A stretch of 63,787 bases of DNA, counting the filler, from Peribolospora baueri (Eukaryota), in assembly GCA_029717555.1 (NCBI GenBank). It is 3 parts of 3 records of this genome, joined end to end, with 100 filler letters (N's around TTAATTAATTAA, not from the genome) between each part and the next. Parts side by side here need not be neighbours in the genome. Positions count along the whole stretch, not along the records: positions 22,037 to 43,882 come from JAMDHS010000155.1; 2 more parts are not named here. One strand, given 5' to 3'. A model generated the notes under the pieces. It saw only the letters and a program-made list of their open reading frames with translations, had not been told where the DNA came from and ran no database searches. Each line of letters starts with the position of its first letter. Position 1 is the stretch's first letter. Of this stretch, positions 26,585 through 36,760 are shown piece by piece. The position numbers and the translations under genes were made by a program.

Positions 26585-27210
26585 AGGAAGGTCGTAATAG
26601 CGGAGGAGAATGTGGAGATGGAGGGTACTCTCGGGTGAGTTGGTAGCGAAGAGAAACGAGTAGAAAGGGCGCTTAGAGATGGCTTGAAGCTGGAACTAAG
26701 AGGCGAGTGAGAAAGAATTCGTCGTCTCCGCTCGAGCACCCTCATCATTGTGCCTTTTCAAACCAAACCAAGTAGGCGCCAAGCGTGTTAACAATTGTCA
26801 ATGGAAGCCCTTGATGTGTCGTCGTGATTCTGCCTGCACCACTTCTGTGGGGCCTTGCCCAAAGGGGAAGACAGCGTCGCCCTCAGTCTTCCGTCTTCTG
26901 TTCCTTTCTCTTCCCATATCGAAGAACAATGGAACGGTTTAGCGTTTACGATAGTTCACCCCCTTCATGTCTACATAAACGAAGGGTGAACCTTGAAAGT
27001 AACAGCTCGTGGGCATCTCGAACTCCATATCGGAACCAACTTCCATGTCGAAGAACAATAGGAGAATTCGTTGAGAGAACCACTTCAGCATCTAGAGCCT
27101 TCACTGAAACTATTTAGGGCCATCCATTTTGACCACAGAGCCAACACTGTGCTCGTTGTTCCCGTTCACCTCAAAAGCCTTCTCCGTTTCACCACACGAA
27201 GTACCTGCTT

Positions 27211-27913
27211 CATGTCGCACTCTTCGTCTTCTTCGTGTGTTTCTCCTCCTTCTGTCGAAAGGTTCAACAGCATTCCCAATGTTACGGAGACTCACCACGT
27301 CTACCACGAAACGGAAGCCTTGCAGCGGTCGCTTATCGAGATGACGCACTCGTTCGGCGTTGCCAACACCCTGAAGCCCTGCACTCTTCACACACACTTC
27401 CCTATCGACGAAGGCCAGCTTCTTCTCATCACGACGGTACCGCTCCGGGACGGAGACGAAATGGAGGTCGCTCGTGGAGTCGATGTGCAAAAGGCTGGAC
27501 CAGTCCACCCTGTCTCGTTCCTCGTGGAGGCCGACGGGACTGTCAGGGCATACAAATTCGCGCCCGGGTCACGAGCTCTTACGGAGGCCGAGAAGGAGTT
27601 CTTGGCGGCGGCCTCGTCTCTCCTGGTTTCCACTGGCGAGTACTAGCGTATTTCTTTCAAGAGGCCCACCTCGAAGAACGACGTTTCTACGACGGAGGTC
27701 GAGATCCCCGAGTACAAAGCCACGGTTCTCTTCCCGCTGTCGTACGCGGAGCCATTGCAGCATGACGACCACATCGTCCACGCCGAGACCGCCAAAAACG
27801 AGTCGCACGAGTTAAGAACAAATGGGAATCACACGGTGTTCTTTAAGAAAGCTGCTACCGGCCCCGTCGCCGAGTCGGCTTTCCGCTTCCTTGTTGCCGA
27901 ATGTGGCGTCTGA
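27211..27913 (+). pseudogene. Orphan HxHF-motif protein interrupted by one in-frame TAG (27644-27646)
   Basis: The frame of ORF 27071..27646 stays open for 88 more codons (RISFKRPTSKNDVSTTEVEIPEY...AECGV*). Motifs FNSIP, LHTHFPIDEG and PVSF...YKF. Confidence 0.6.
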
Positions 27914-28019
27914 GTAGCAGACCATCTCGGGCAGCTTTGTTAGTCGCCAGTTCGGCCTGATGCCCTTTCCTGTACTGTTTGTACAAATTTTGCGCCTCTA
28001 ACGTCTCGCCCTCTGCCGA

Positions 28020-30850
28020 TAGAGGTCAGTCAGAGAGAACGCGCTCGCTGGAGCGTAGTAGTTGAGATTGAGGAAGATCTTACGGAGATAAAGGGGGGAT
28101 AGCCTCGCATCCGTAGGCTTTGGAAGAAAAGATTGCGTACCGGAGGTAATCCGCCGGGTCTGATGAATTATGTATATAACGCATCAGCTCAGCCTTGACG
28201 AAGGCTGATTTCACGGATATCGGGTGGTACGACGACCAGGGAATGTACTGATAAGCGTTGAGGGCCTTTTGAAAGGCCCGGGTTCCCGGTCGGGAGTTTC
28301 CATGGCGGTTGTAGGGGTTCGTTTTGACGAAAACTTCGGCATCCAGGAATTCTAGCTTTAGACGGGAGGCTTTAACGCTTATCCTAATCTGCGGGCGGAT
28401 ACTTGTCAATAGCGAGCGGAGGGAAGCTCGAATTTCTCTCTCGGTGTGCTGATCGCCCTGAGGGCGACTACTGCGAAGATATCGTTGATATACTTGGCGT
28501 CGTAGGTCGAGTTAGCACGGGGAAGCAGTTCGGTAACGAGGGCTTGCTCATGGGAGGCAATGAGATTAGCATACGCGAGGACGCAGCTAATCCCCATGGC
28601 CGTGCCCTGAACTTGCTCGTATGTCACCCCGGCAAAGCTGAAGAAGTTGTTCCAGAGGACCTGCCCGAGAAGGCTGAGGATGAGTTCCTTCTGTTTTGTC
28701 GTAGTCGGCCTTGGCGACGACGGATCGAAGTGTACGTAGCCCTTCTCCTGTAGGGATGGAGGGACACATCGCTTGTATGTCGCCGGAAACCAGGCATATC
28801 CGCCGTCTCGGTGAAATTCGCTGGGACAGTCGAATTGTGTCCCTAACGAATTCAACGAATTCTTTGGAGTCGCGAAAGACCCAAGGAAATCCGGAGACGA
28901 GCGGTTGCAGCTTGTAGTCGATCCACGCTAAAGCCTTTAACCAGAAGGCATCAAAACCGGGGACCGATGGGGCGTCCGGCTGTAGGAGTTTTGTGGATCT
29001 TAGGAATTAGTTTAAACTGCGCGGTGCGTCTTCGGCTAGTTGGCTTTCGGGGGATAGAAGCCACTTCCTTTCCTGGGGAGGTAGGGAAGAGCCGAAGCGA
29101 TGAAGGACACGTTTAAGCGTAACTACCCGGCGTTCCGGCTTGGGAACGGCCAGTAGGTAGACGCTTAGATCGTTTAATTGTCGCAGCGCTTTGTCGGTGT
29201 ACCATTTCTTTGAGATAATGGCCGCCCGAGATTCTTGTCAGTAGGGAGGACAAGGGTCTCTCCGTCTGACAAGGATGCGCGAAGCGAAGTCCAGGCGTGT
29301 CGGCCGAGGTTGGGGGGGCATCGGTCGACGATACCTGGCGGCAGCAGTGACTGCTGCCGTAAGTGCAGAACAGGCAGCCTTTAGCCTGAGCTCGAAGGCT
29401 TCGCCCTGCTCCGGGGCTGGGGCCTGGCTGGGAATGTGGAAGCGTGGGGTGAACGTTCCGACATCTGCTTTCTCACAGAAAAACCATCTACAGCGTGCGC
29501 GACGGTCGAAGTCAGCGAGGAAGCTCATATTGAAGGTCAGGGTCTATCTAACCTCGAGCGGTACGGAATCTCTGGACAGGTTGTGCACCCTGCTATTCGT
29601 GATAAAGGTATCAATAGTGGGGTGGAATGTCGGAAGACGAACATGGCGCGTTCTGGAAAGAAGATTTCCGGCTACATAGCCATTTTTCTCACATCAAATG
29701 AGCGGCCTACGTACCAGGTCACGGACTGCTTGGGATTGTTATAGGGGAAACGTGCAAAACCGTACTTGGCACTATAGGAGAACGGGGAAACCTCCTCTCC
29801 TTTCCATTTCCCTTGAGTCCCATGGCAGGACTCCTTATATACATGAGCACTACCATCAGGGACTGGCGACCGCTATTCCATAGCACCAAGGAAGGGCACA
29901 AAGGAAGTTGGCACCGACATTGTTTTAAGGCTCCTCGGTTGTGCGGCTGGCCTTCCCAGTCAATACAAAACCACTGTTATAAGGTAAGACACTAATACAT
30001 ATCGGCTCCCTGGTCAACGAGATCATGACAAAGGAGGACCTCTGGGAGAAGGAGCGAAGAGAGTGGGCCGGCCAAGCCACTGTAGGTGATGTAGGGCAAA
30101 CTATGCAGATCTCTCCAGGTTGCCTTGCAGCCGCAAAAGGCCGTGCAAGTGTATGTGCTTCGCTCGGCACTGCCAGACCAAAGATGTGGAGCGGTGAGTT
30201 GAAAAGAAGGAAGATGGATTTGACGGCTGCAGACCTATCCATACGAGTGATCCGGGTGCTTCGGGAATTTCTGAATGAATGCATTGGTCTTTGTTCGCAG
30301 CAGGCTATGACGACTATCCAAGCCCAGCTTTCAAATGTAGCTCGGCACACCTAGCACGGACTGAGCGGATCACCTTCAAAGCGCCATACGCGGGCCAATC
30401 CAAATAACGGTCATGAGGTCGCCTTCGCACAGCTGTTTTCATGGGGCTCCCGCCCATGTACATCCGGAGCGAGCAAAAAATGAACAACTCCTGACTTCCA
30501 AATACTGACAAGAGAAACGTCCCATGCGGTATACAACACAACCGCTCTTATTTTCCCGAAGAGGCGATTGAGCCCTTTGAAACTCGTCCCAACTCGCGCC
30601 TTGTCAGCAGAACTGCCGTTACTGCACTTGCCTTTTGTTCCAAATTCGAAAAACATGCACGTTTGGGGAGCGATATGCGCGTCTCAATGCTGAACTTGTG
30701 GAATACACGGCTAGTATCATTAAGACTGGCTTTGAGGGTATTTCCGGGTCATTCGGGGACGCGAACTGCGAGCGGGCTCTTCGCCTGACTGCGCCAATCT
30801 GTGGCCATATAATCCTAACATCTCGGTGCATGAGAAGGAGTTAGACCGAT
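28020..30850 (-). mobile_element. Degenerate Penelope-like retroelement (PLE RT), frameshifted; 5' limit uncertain
   Basis: Motifs in PLE order: VHNLS, FDRRARCRWFF, DKNLG, QFKLIPKIHKTP, FRDSKEF, GDIQAMCPSIP, NNFFSFAGVTYEQVQGTAMG, KYINDIF (degenerate YIDD), LEFLD, FQKALNAYQYIPWSSYHP..KSAFVKAELMRY and RGYP. Confidence 0.88.
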
Positions 30851-30901
30851 ATCGAATGAGGATTCCATCGAAGCCCACCGTGCCAGGCTCACCTTAATCT
30901 T

Positions 30902-31936
30902 TCATGACTCCAACCCAACCGCGGCGTTGTCGAACTCGGGCACATCGTCGCTCCGTAAAGGGAAAGGGACCCAATCGAGGACGGCATTCATCCGACGAAG
31001 GGAGTCGGCATCGCCTCTCATGACTTCGTACGCAAACGTGTTCACGCCCTTGAACTGCATGCACAGGGCAAGAGAGCGGACCTGGCCTTGCATGCCGGGC
31101 GCTTCGGAGAGGAAGCCGGACCAAAATGCTTTCTCGACGGCCTCATCCTCGGCAGACATGTCGCTGAAATTGCAGTTTTTGTCCAAAAGATGAAAGAGGA
31201 CGGTCATGTCCAGTCCACAGGGGGCCAAGTCAGCGTCTCCCCAGTCCACGATGCCGGTCAGCTTGCCAGACGTCTCATCGACCAAAAAGTTGCTTGTCGT
31301 GAAGTCGTGGTGGGTTATGCATTTGGGTACCTGCTTGAGCAAGAGAATGCGTTCGAGGATCTTGTCCAGCTTGGGAGCTAGGTCGGGTTGAGCACTGGCG
31401 ATGTCCCTGAAATTCTTTTCGGTCCATGAGATGTAGCTGGCGAGATCATCATTCAATCCTTCAGGCATATGGCCATTTAAGGTGCCCAGCGCTTTGCCGA
31501 TCCCATCAGCGAGCGTTGTGCGCTTCCGCAAGTCCCCCTTCAGATCAGCTACTCCTCCTGGTGTGCCAGGAAGGAGCTCCATGACGTAACCCCAGAGGCC
31601 TTCGTTATGGCTGACTTCGCAAATAGTGGGGACGAGAGGGCCGAGGATGGCTCGGGCGTGGATGAATCCAGCCACGTTTACGCGATTGGGCGTCACTTGC
31701 ACGATCACCGTCGTGGATTTGTCGGAGGCGACACTGGCGAAGCAAGTGAAGCTGGCGTAGCCCTGTAAACGACACGGCTCCACGGTTACATCCTCACGGC
31801 CGAGGACATTGCAAGCGAGGCTGAGTGCGGCGGGGAGAAGGTGCTGATTCCTGAACTTCGCCCTGTACATCCGGTCGTCCTCCATATTGAAGCGAGCGAA
31901 GGCAATGGGACGGAAGGCCCCTATTGGCTGTATCAC
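30902..31936 (-). CDS. APH/choline-kinase-like phosphotransferase, intronless
   Basis: QGYASFT and IVQV..ARAILGPLVP, Brenner motif THHDFTTSNFLVD and GIVDWGDA. First ATG at 31885. Confidence 0.88.
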   Translation of the reverse strand: MIQPIGAFRPIAFARFNMEDDRMYRAKFRNQHLLPAALSLACNVLGREDVTVEPCRLQGYASFTCFASVASDKSTTVIVQVTPNRVNVAGFIHARAILGPLVPTICEVSHNEGLWGYVMELLPGTPGGVADLKGDLRKRTTLADGIGKALGTLNGHMPEGLNDDLASYISWTEKNFRDIASAQPDLAPKLDKILERILLLKQVPKCITHHDFTTSNFLVDETSGKLTGIVDWGDADLAPCGLDMTVLFHLLDKNCNFSDMSAEDEAVEKAFWSGFLSEAPGMQGQVRSLALCMQFKGVNTFAYEVMRGDADSLRRMNAVLDWVPFPLRSDDVPEFDNAAVGLES

Positions 31937-32109
31937 GAAAAGCGACGGGTGGAGAAGGTGACGTAGAGAAAGCAGGGAAAGGGGAGGACTTGGAGTGCCT
32001 TTTCTTAAGGGGTTGTCCGTCCGCCAACTTTTAACGTCTTCGAAACAAAAGAGCGTGTCCTGGACGCGCAGGGGGGCTCGAGGCCGATGAGAACGTCTAC
32101 TGTTCCCAC

Positions 32110-32854
32110 TTAAGGGTTGCGTGTGTTAACTACAGGACGAGTGGGGATTAGGCGAGAAGAGTTGGGCGAGAGATCTAGAAGGAGTGGGGTGGGAGAGCGG
32201 CAGGGGGTGGATCGAGAGAGCGATACGGAGTGAAGCGAAGGGGAGTGAGAAAGAGTGGAGCGGTGGTTATGTCGGCAGGATCTGGGTATGGGGGAGTGAC
32301 ATGAGAGAAGTCGCCGGTGCGGGTGAATTCCGGGGAAGGTCGATGTGTACACCTGTGTCTGGCAGGCCCAGCTGTGCGCCAATTATGTTGAGTAGGTGGA
32401 GGCCTATCGGTCGGTATTTGGTGCGGTTGAGGAGGAAATCGAGCGTTGTGTAGCCCCTACGGCCTTTTGTCGCTCGGTTGAAATCTCGTTGAAGTTCCGT
32501 GTTGCGGCCCCGAATATGATCATCGATCACCTGTGTAACCGTGTCCTGGAAGCATGTGTCGACATGGGTTCGGCGGAATGTTGCGCCACAGCAACATGTT
32601 TTACCCAAGCCGAAGGTCCCCTTGCGCCATCGGAGCGCCAGTTGACGTTGTTGTCGATCCTTGATGAGCAAGCACCTGTCAGTGAGTCCTGGGCTTTTTG
32701 ATGTGTGGTCGATGTAGGTGCCAAGCTTGCCGACATTCTCGACCCTCTCAAGATACTCCTTGCGCTGGGCATGCTGCCATGCCTGTAGGGAGGCTGTGGC
32801 CCCTTCTGTCTGGGAACTGCGCCACTTCTTGAATATGCGCGATCTGGGGCAGAA
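32110..32854 (-). mobile_element. Non-LTR (LINE-like) retrotransposon 3' fragment, copy 1, with pyrimidine-rich 3' UTR
   Basis: C-terminal Cys/His motif CCCGATFRRTHVDTC. 32515-32854 is a 340-bp direct repeat of 35976-36315. Confidence 0.7.
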
Positions 32855-33205
32855 TGTCACAAACCTCCGCTCAGAACCTCGTGCTCATAGGCTCGGACAA
32901 AGGAGCTGTGACGTTGCGAGGTTAGAACATAGGAGCTGTGGCGTTGCAAGGTTAGAACATAGGAGCTATGACGTTGCGAGGTTAGAACATAGGAGCTACG
33001 GTGCTGCACCGGTTCATGAACGTGTATATAAAGAGAGCCCGACAGGGCGTCCGCATCTTTCCTCCCCAAGCGAAGAATAATGTCAGGGAGGATTTCCCTA
33101 CTCAGGTCGGATCACGAGCGAGGGACGGAGGAACTCTTAAAACCTAACCCCAGGATAAGCGGCGCTAGGCAGACGTAAGGGAGGACGCGTCGTCGCCGTG
33201 TTACA
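32855..33205 (+). mobile_element. Solo LTR (351 bp)
   Basis: TGTCAC...GTTACA termini, an internal TATATAAA near 33026 and upstream tandem repeats. It begins exactly where LINE copy 1 homology stops. Confidence 0.65.
32901..32998. repeat. 30-bp tandem repeat x3.3 within the LTR
   Basis: AGGAGCT(G/A)TG(A/G)CGTTGC(G/A)AGGTTAGAACAT at 32901, 32931 and 32961, with a partial unit at 32991. Confidence 0.95.
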
Positions 33206-33285
33206 TCACGTGTGCCGTGCGCCGATTATACGATAGACTTTTTAAGATTTGGGTTCCATTGAAAGGCTACTGAAGCGACTATTAG

Positions 33286-33515
33286 CTTTCGACCTTCCCG
33301 CACCGCCTTGGCGATATCTGTCGCTTTCCACTTGGCATATTTGATCTTGGTCTCGATCTGCATCAATGGAAAGGATTGTGTTAAAGTAAATAAACGCGCG
33401 TCGTGATACATGCGACCAGGAGATGATGAAGGACGCACCTCTGGGTCAATATCGCCAAATATTTTGAGCAGCTCGAGGAAATTGGCCGCGGCGACAAACT
33501 TTTTCGCTGTGGTGT
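33286..33515 (-). pseudogene. VTA1: VTA1 internal fragment (two exon pieces and one intron)
   Basis: TAKKFVAAANFLELLKIFGDIDPE|intron|IETKIKYAKWKATDIAKAVREGRK matches the Vta1 MIT2 region. Both ends are missing. Confidence 0.8.
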
Positions 33516-34114
33516 GTTCATCGTGCGTCGGTCGGGGCACGGGCCCCCTCCACCCTCAGCGTCGCTCGATCGCTTTGGGGATGAGCTCAACAAACCTCAC
33601 TCAACGCTCAACGTCCGTGCCCGGCTCCGCGGTCTAGTTTCCCCGCACCGAACGGACCGAACGCCGATGACCGTCCGTCTGACACACCCGACAGCGATTC
33701 TATCTGAGCCACGCAAGCTCGAGTCAGATCTGCCGAGGTCAGATGGGAGCCGAGCTCTCGGCCGAGGACGCGCGGCCTTAAGATGGGAGTGGAGGTTCTC
33801 GGCAGCGGCGGACGCGCGGCCTCCGACCACGATGGCCGGCTTGCTGATCGATGAAGGGCGGGCATCAGGGGGAGGGAGATGTGGGCGACATAAAAGAGTG
33901 GACCGACGGGCCGGGGCTCGGTCGTCTTGACACAACATCGTCGGTTTCGCCACCATCGTCGCCAGCATTCTCTCAAGTCGCGCGACTCGCCACTGATCCT
34001 AGCCCATATCGAGATTTCGCATCGTGCTCCTCGCTTCCCTCCTCCTTTGACCACCATCCTCCTTTCTCTCCGCCCGCCCAGAACACAGATCCAATCCACT
34101 CTCAAGTGATCAAG

Positions 34115-35029
34115 ATGGCCGTTGAAAGCACCACGAAAGTTGTTCCGTTTGGCGAGTACAAGACCTTTGTCAAGATCTTCGGCACCCTGTCTCCCGATGG
34201 ACCCGCCCCGCTCATTGTTCTCCACGGTGGGCCGGGAGCGACACACGATTACCTGCTCAGCATCGCCGCCATCGCGGAGCGCAACGGCGTCCCTGTCGTC
34301 TTCTACGACCAGATCGGAAACGGCCAGTCCACCCATCTTCCCGACAAGGGCACCGACTTTTGGACGGTGCAGCTGTTCGCAGAACAGCTCGACGAACTGC
34401 TGAAGCAGCTCGGGATCCGCGAGTATGATGTCCTGGGTCAGTCCTGGGGCGGCATGCTCGCCGCCGAGCACGCCCTCCTCCATCCCAAGGGTCTCCGACG
34501 TCTCGTCATTGCCAACACGCCCGCGTCGATGCCGCTCTGGTGCGCCGCGTCGGCCCGGTACCGCAAGGAGCTCCCCGAGTCCGTCCAGGCCGATCTGGAC
34601 GTCCACGAGCGCGATGGCACGACCAACTCGGAGGCGTACCAGAAGGCTGTCGGTGCCTTCTACGTCCGGCACACGTGCCGAGTCGTCCCGATGCCCCAGG
34701 ACATGATCAACTCGCTCACGGCCGTCTCGAAGGACGACACGGTGTACCGCGCGATGAACGGCCCCAGCCAGTTCCACGTCGTGGGCACTATGAAGAACTA
34801 CGACATCACCGACCGCGTTCATGGCGTGAGCGTCCCCACGCTCGTCATCAACGGACGGTACGACGCCGTGGACGACGAAGCGGTCGCGCCCTTCGTCCAG
34901 CGTATCCCCGGAGCCAAATGGGTGAAATTCGAAGAGTCGAGCCACATGCCTCACGTCGAGGAGGAGGAAAAGTTCCTCGACGTGGTGAGCAAGTTCTTGA
35001 GGGGCGAGGAGGTGCCCGAGGCCAAGTAG
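34115..35029 (+). CDS. Proline iminopeptidase / L-amino-acid amidase (peptidase S33, alpha/beta hydrolase), intronless
   Basis: LHGGPG, FYDQIGNGQS, nucleophile GQSWGG, MNGPSQF, INGRYD and SSHMPHVEE. Confidence 0.93.
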   Translation: MAVESTTKVVPFGEYKTFVKIFGTLSPDGPAPLIVLHGGPGATHDYLLSIAAIAERNGVPVVFYDQIGNGQSTHLPDKGTDFWTVQLFAEQLDELLKQLGIREYDVLGQSWGGMLAAEHALLHPKGLRRLVIANTPASMPLWCAASARYRKELPESVQADLDVHERDGTTNSEAYQKAVGAFYVRHTCRVVPMPQDMINSLTAVSKDDTVYRAMNGPSQFHVVGTMKNYDITDRVHGVSVPTLVINGRYDAVDDEAVAPFVQRIPGAKWVKFEESSHMPHVEEEEKFLDVVSKFLRGEEVPEAK

Positions 35030-35302
35030 GCCGCGCCCGGCCGTTCGTGAGTGGTCAAATGTACAAGCCTCCGATTCTTTTCATTTTTTGGGCTCCGTCT
35101 CCTATCGTACGGTCTCACTTTCGGCAACTCCACTGCCATCGTTGTTGGTCCTCGAGATCGTGGGCCTGGTGCCAAGTCGCGTTTCCTCACTCTTGTCCCT
35201 TTTGTACTTCCCTACGAGTACAGTGGTTCATCCTATGCTATACCGTCCGTCGGCTTCTTGGAACTCGTCCTCGCCGTCTTGCCGGCTAGTAATAGATCAG
35301 AT

Positions 35303-35982
35303 TCACCATACCCTACATTCCTTGATCATGCTCATAACCTCTGAAAAAGTCCGTCTCTCCTTCTCCGTCACCGTCGTGCCTTCCTCATCCTCATCCTCGT
35401 CCCCTTCCTCGTTCGTCGAGTGAGCCGTGGCTTTCTTTCTTTCCGGTTTCATCAGAGCGAGGCCGACGATCACGGGTCGATTCTCGATTCCGAGGGCCAC
35501 GTTCCCTCCTCCCCTTCCACCCATCGCTTCAGATCCGCTGGAACGTGCGAGCTCTTCGGCGACGTCGTGTGCGACGATGGCAGAGATCTGAGAGGCGTAA
35601 AGGTTGTAGAGCAGCCTTTGACCTGGCTGCGGAGGGGAGCCCATAAGCGGTTCAAGCGTCGTGGAAGGGTGGGGTGTTGGTAAATGGAGCGTAAGCTTGC
35701 TGGAGGACGCGAGGTTGCCGTCTGCGTCCGCATCGGCGTCGCTGTCGGACAGCAGTGTGGAGGAGACATAGGAGGTCGGGGACGGATGGGATGCTTGGAT
35801 CTGCCCGGGAAAGAAGAACATTGTATTGTTAAAAGACCTTGATTCCTCCTCACGAAAAACTTGTATGTGTGCCACACGATCAACCCACCAGACATCCAAC
35901 TTTGCCTACTTGCGTGACAAGGACGAGAATCCTGTCGACGAACGCCTGAGCGAGGACCTCGGTGTGGACGCCGTCTATGATT
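35303..35982 (-). pseudogene. Proteasome assembly chaperone 3 (PAC3/PSMG3-like), lacking its start
   Basis: IIDGVHTEVLAQAFVDRILVLVTQVGKVGCL|intron|IQASHP...LYASQI...PVIVGLAL...FSEVMSMIKECRVW*. The 5' end is fused to the LINE fragment. Confidence 0.8.
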
Positions 35983-36760
35983 ATCGGTCACCTGTGTAAT
36001 CGTGTCCTGGAAGCATGTGTCGACATGGGTTCGGCGGAATGTTGCGCCACAGCAACATGTTTTACCCAAGCCGAAGGTCCCCTTGCGCCATCGGAGTGCC
36101 AATTGACGTTGCTGTCGATCCTTGATGAGCAAGCACCTGTCAGTGAGTCCTGGGGTTTTCGATGTCTGGTCGATGTAGGTGCCAAGCTTGCCAACATTCT
36201 CGACCCTCTCGAGATACTCCTTGCGCTGGGCATGCTGCCATGCCTGTAGGGAGGCTGTGGCCCCTTCTGTCTGGGAACTGCGCCACTTCTTGAATGTGCG
36301 CGATCTGGGGCAGAATTTGACGAGTGAGGCAAGGCACGATTCAAGCGGAAACATATTGCGCTCTGCAAGGACTCGTGCAGGATTTGTGTCACCGGCTCGC
36401 GCAAGGATATGCTGGTGGAGGCCTGGGGCGAGGTGTTCAAAGCGTTCCCAAGGGGGAGTGAGGCCTGTGAGGGCGACAGCTAGCTTGGTCGCTTTATCTG
36501 GGAGTGCTGAGATCCAAGTGACTGCCCGCTTGAAGTGCTGGTCAAGGCCTGCCAAGATAGGCCGGCGTTCTCGTGTCCTGGTTCGGATCCAGTGGTAGGC
36601 GAGCGGCGCGCCATAGTCGACGATGGGCCGGCAGAAAGCACGGTAGACCGTGAGCCGGTTGGCGAGGGGCCAGTCTCCGCCCCGCGCTTGCAAGAAGCGA
36701 AGGAGTCCATCCATCTTGTTGGTACACTTGTTGATGTAGGTTGGGAAGTCGATCTCCTGC
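35976..36760 (-). mobile_element. Non-LTR retrotransposon internal fragment, copy 2
   Basis: Post-RT region RLTVYRAFCRPIVDYGAPL and the same Cys motif as copy 1. About a dozen substitutions relative to copy 1 over 340 bp. Confidence 0.75.

Noticed and set aside
27950..30900. Hammerhead ribozyme expected near the PLE
   Set aside because: No convincing CTGATGA...GAAA core with stems found by eye on the sense strand; a covariance-model search is needed.
32901..32998. 30-bp repeats as a CRISPR array
   Set aside because: The units are contiguous with no spacers, lie inside an LTR, and the context is eukaryotic.
33608..34954. 448-aa minus-strand ORF
   Set aside because: Antisense shadow of the GC3-biased iminopeptidase gene.
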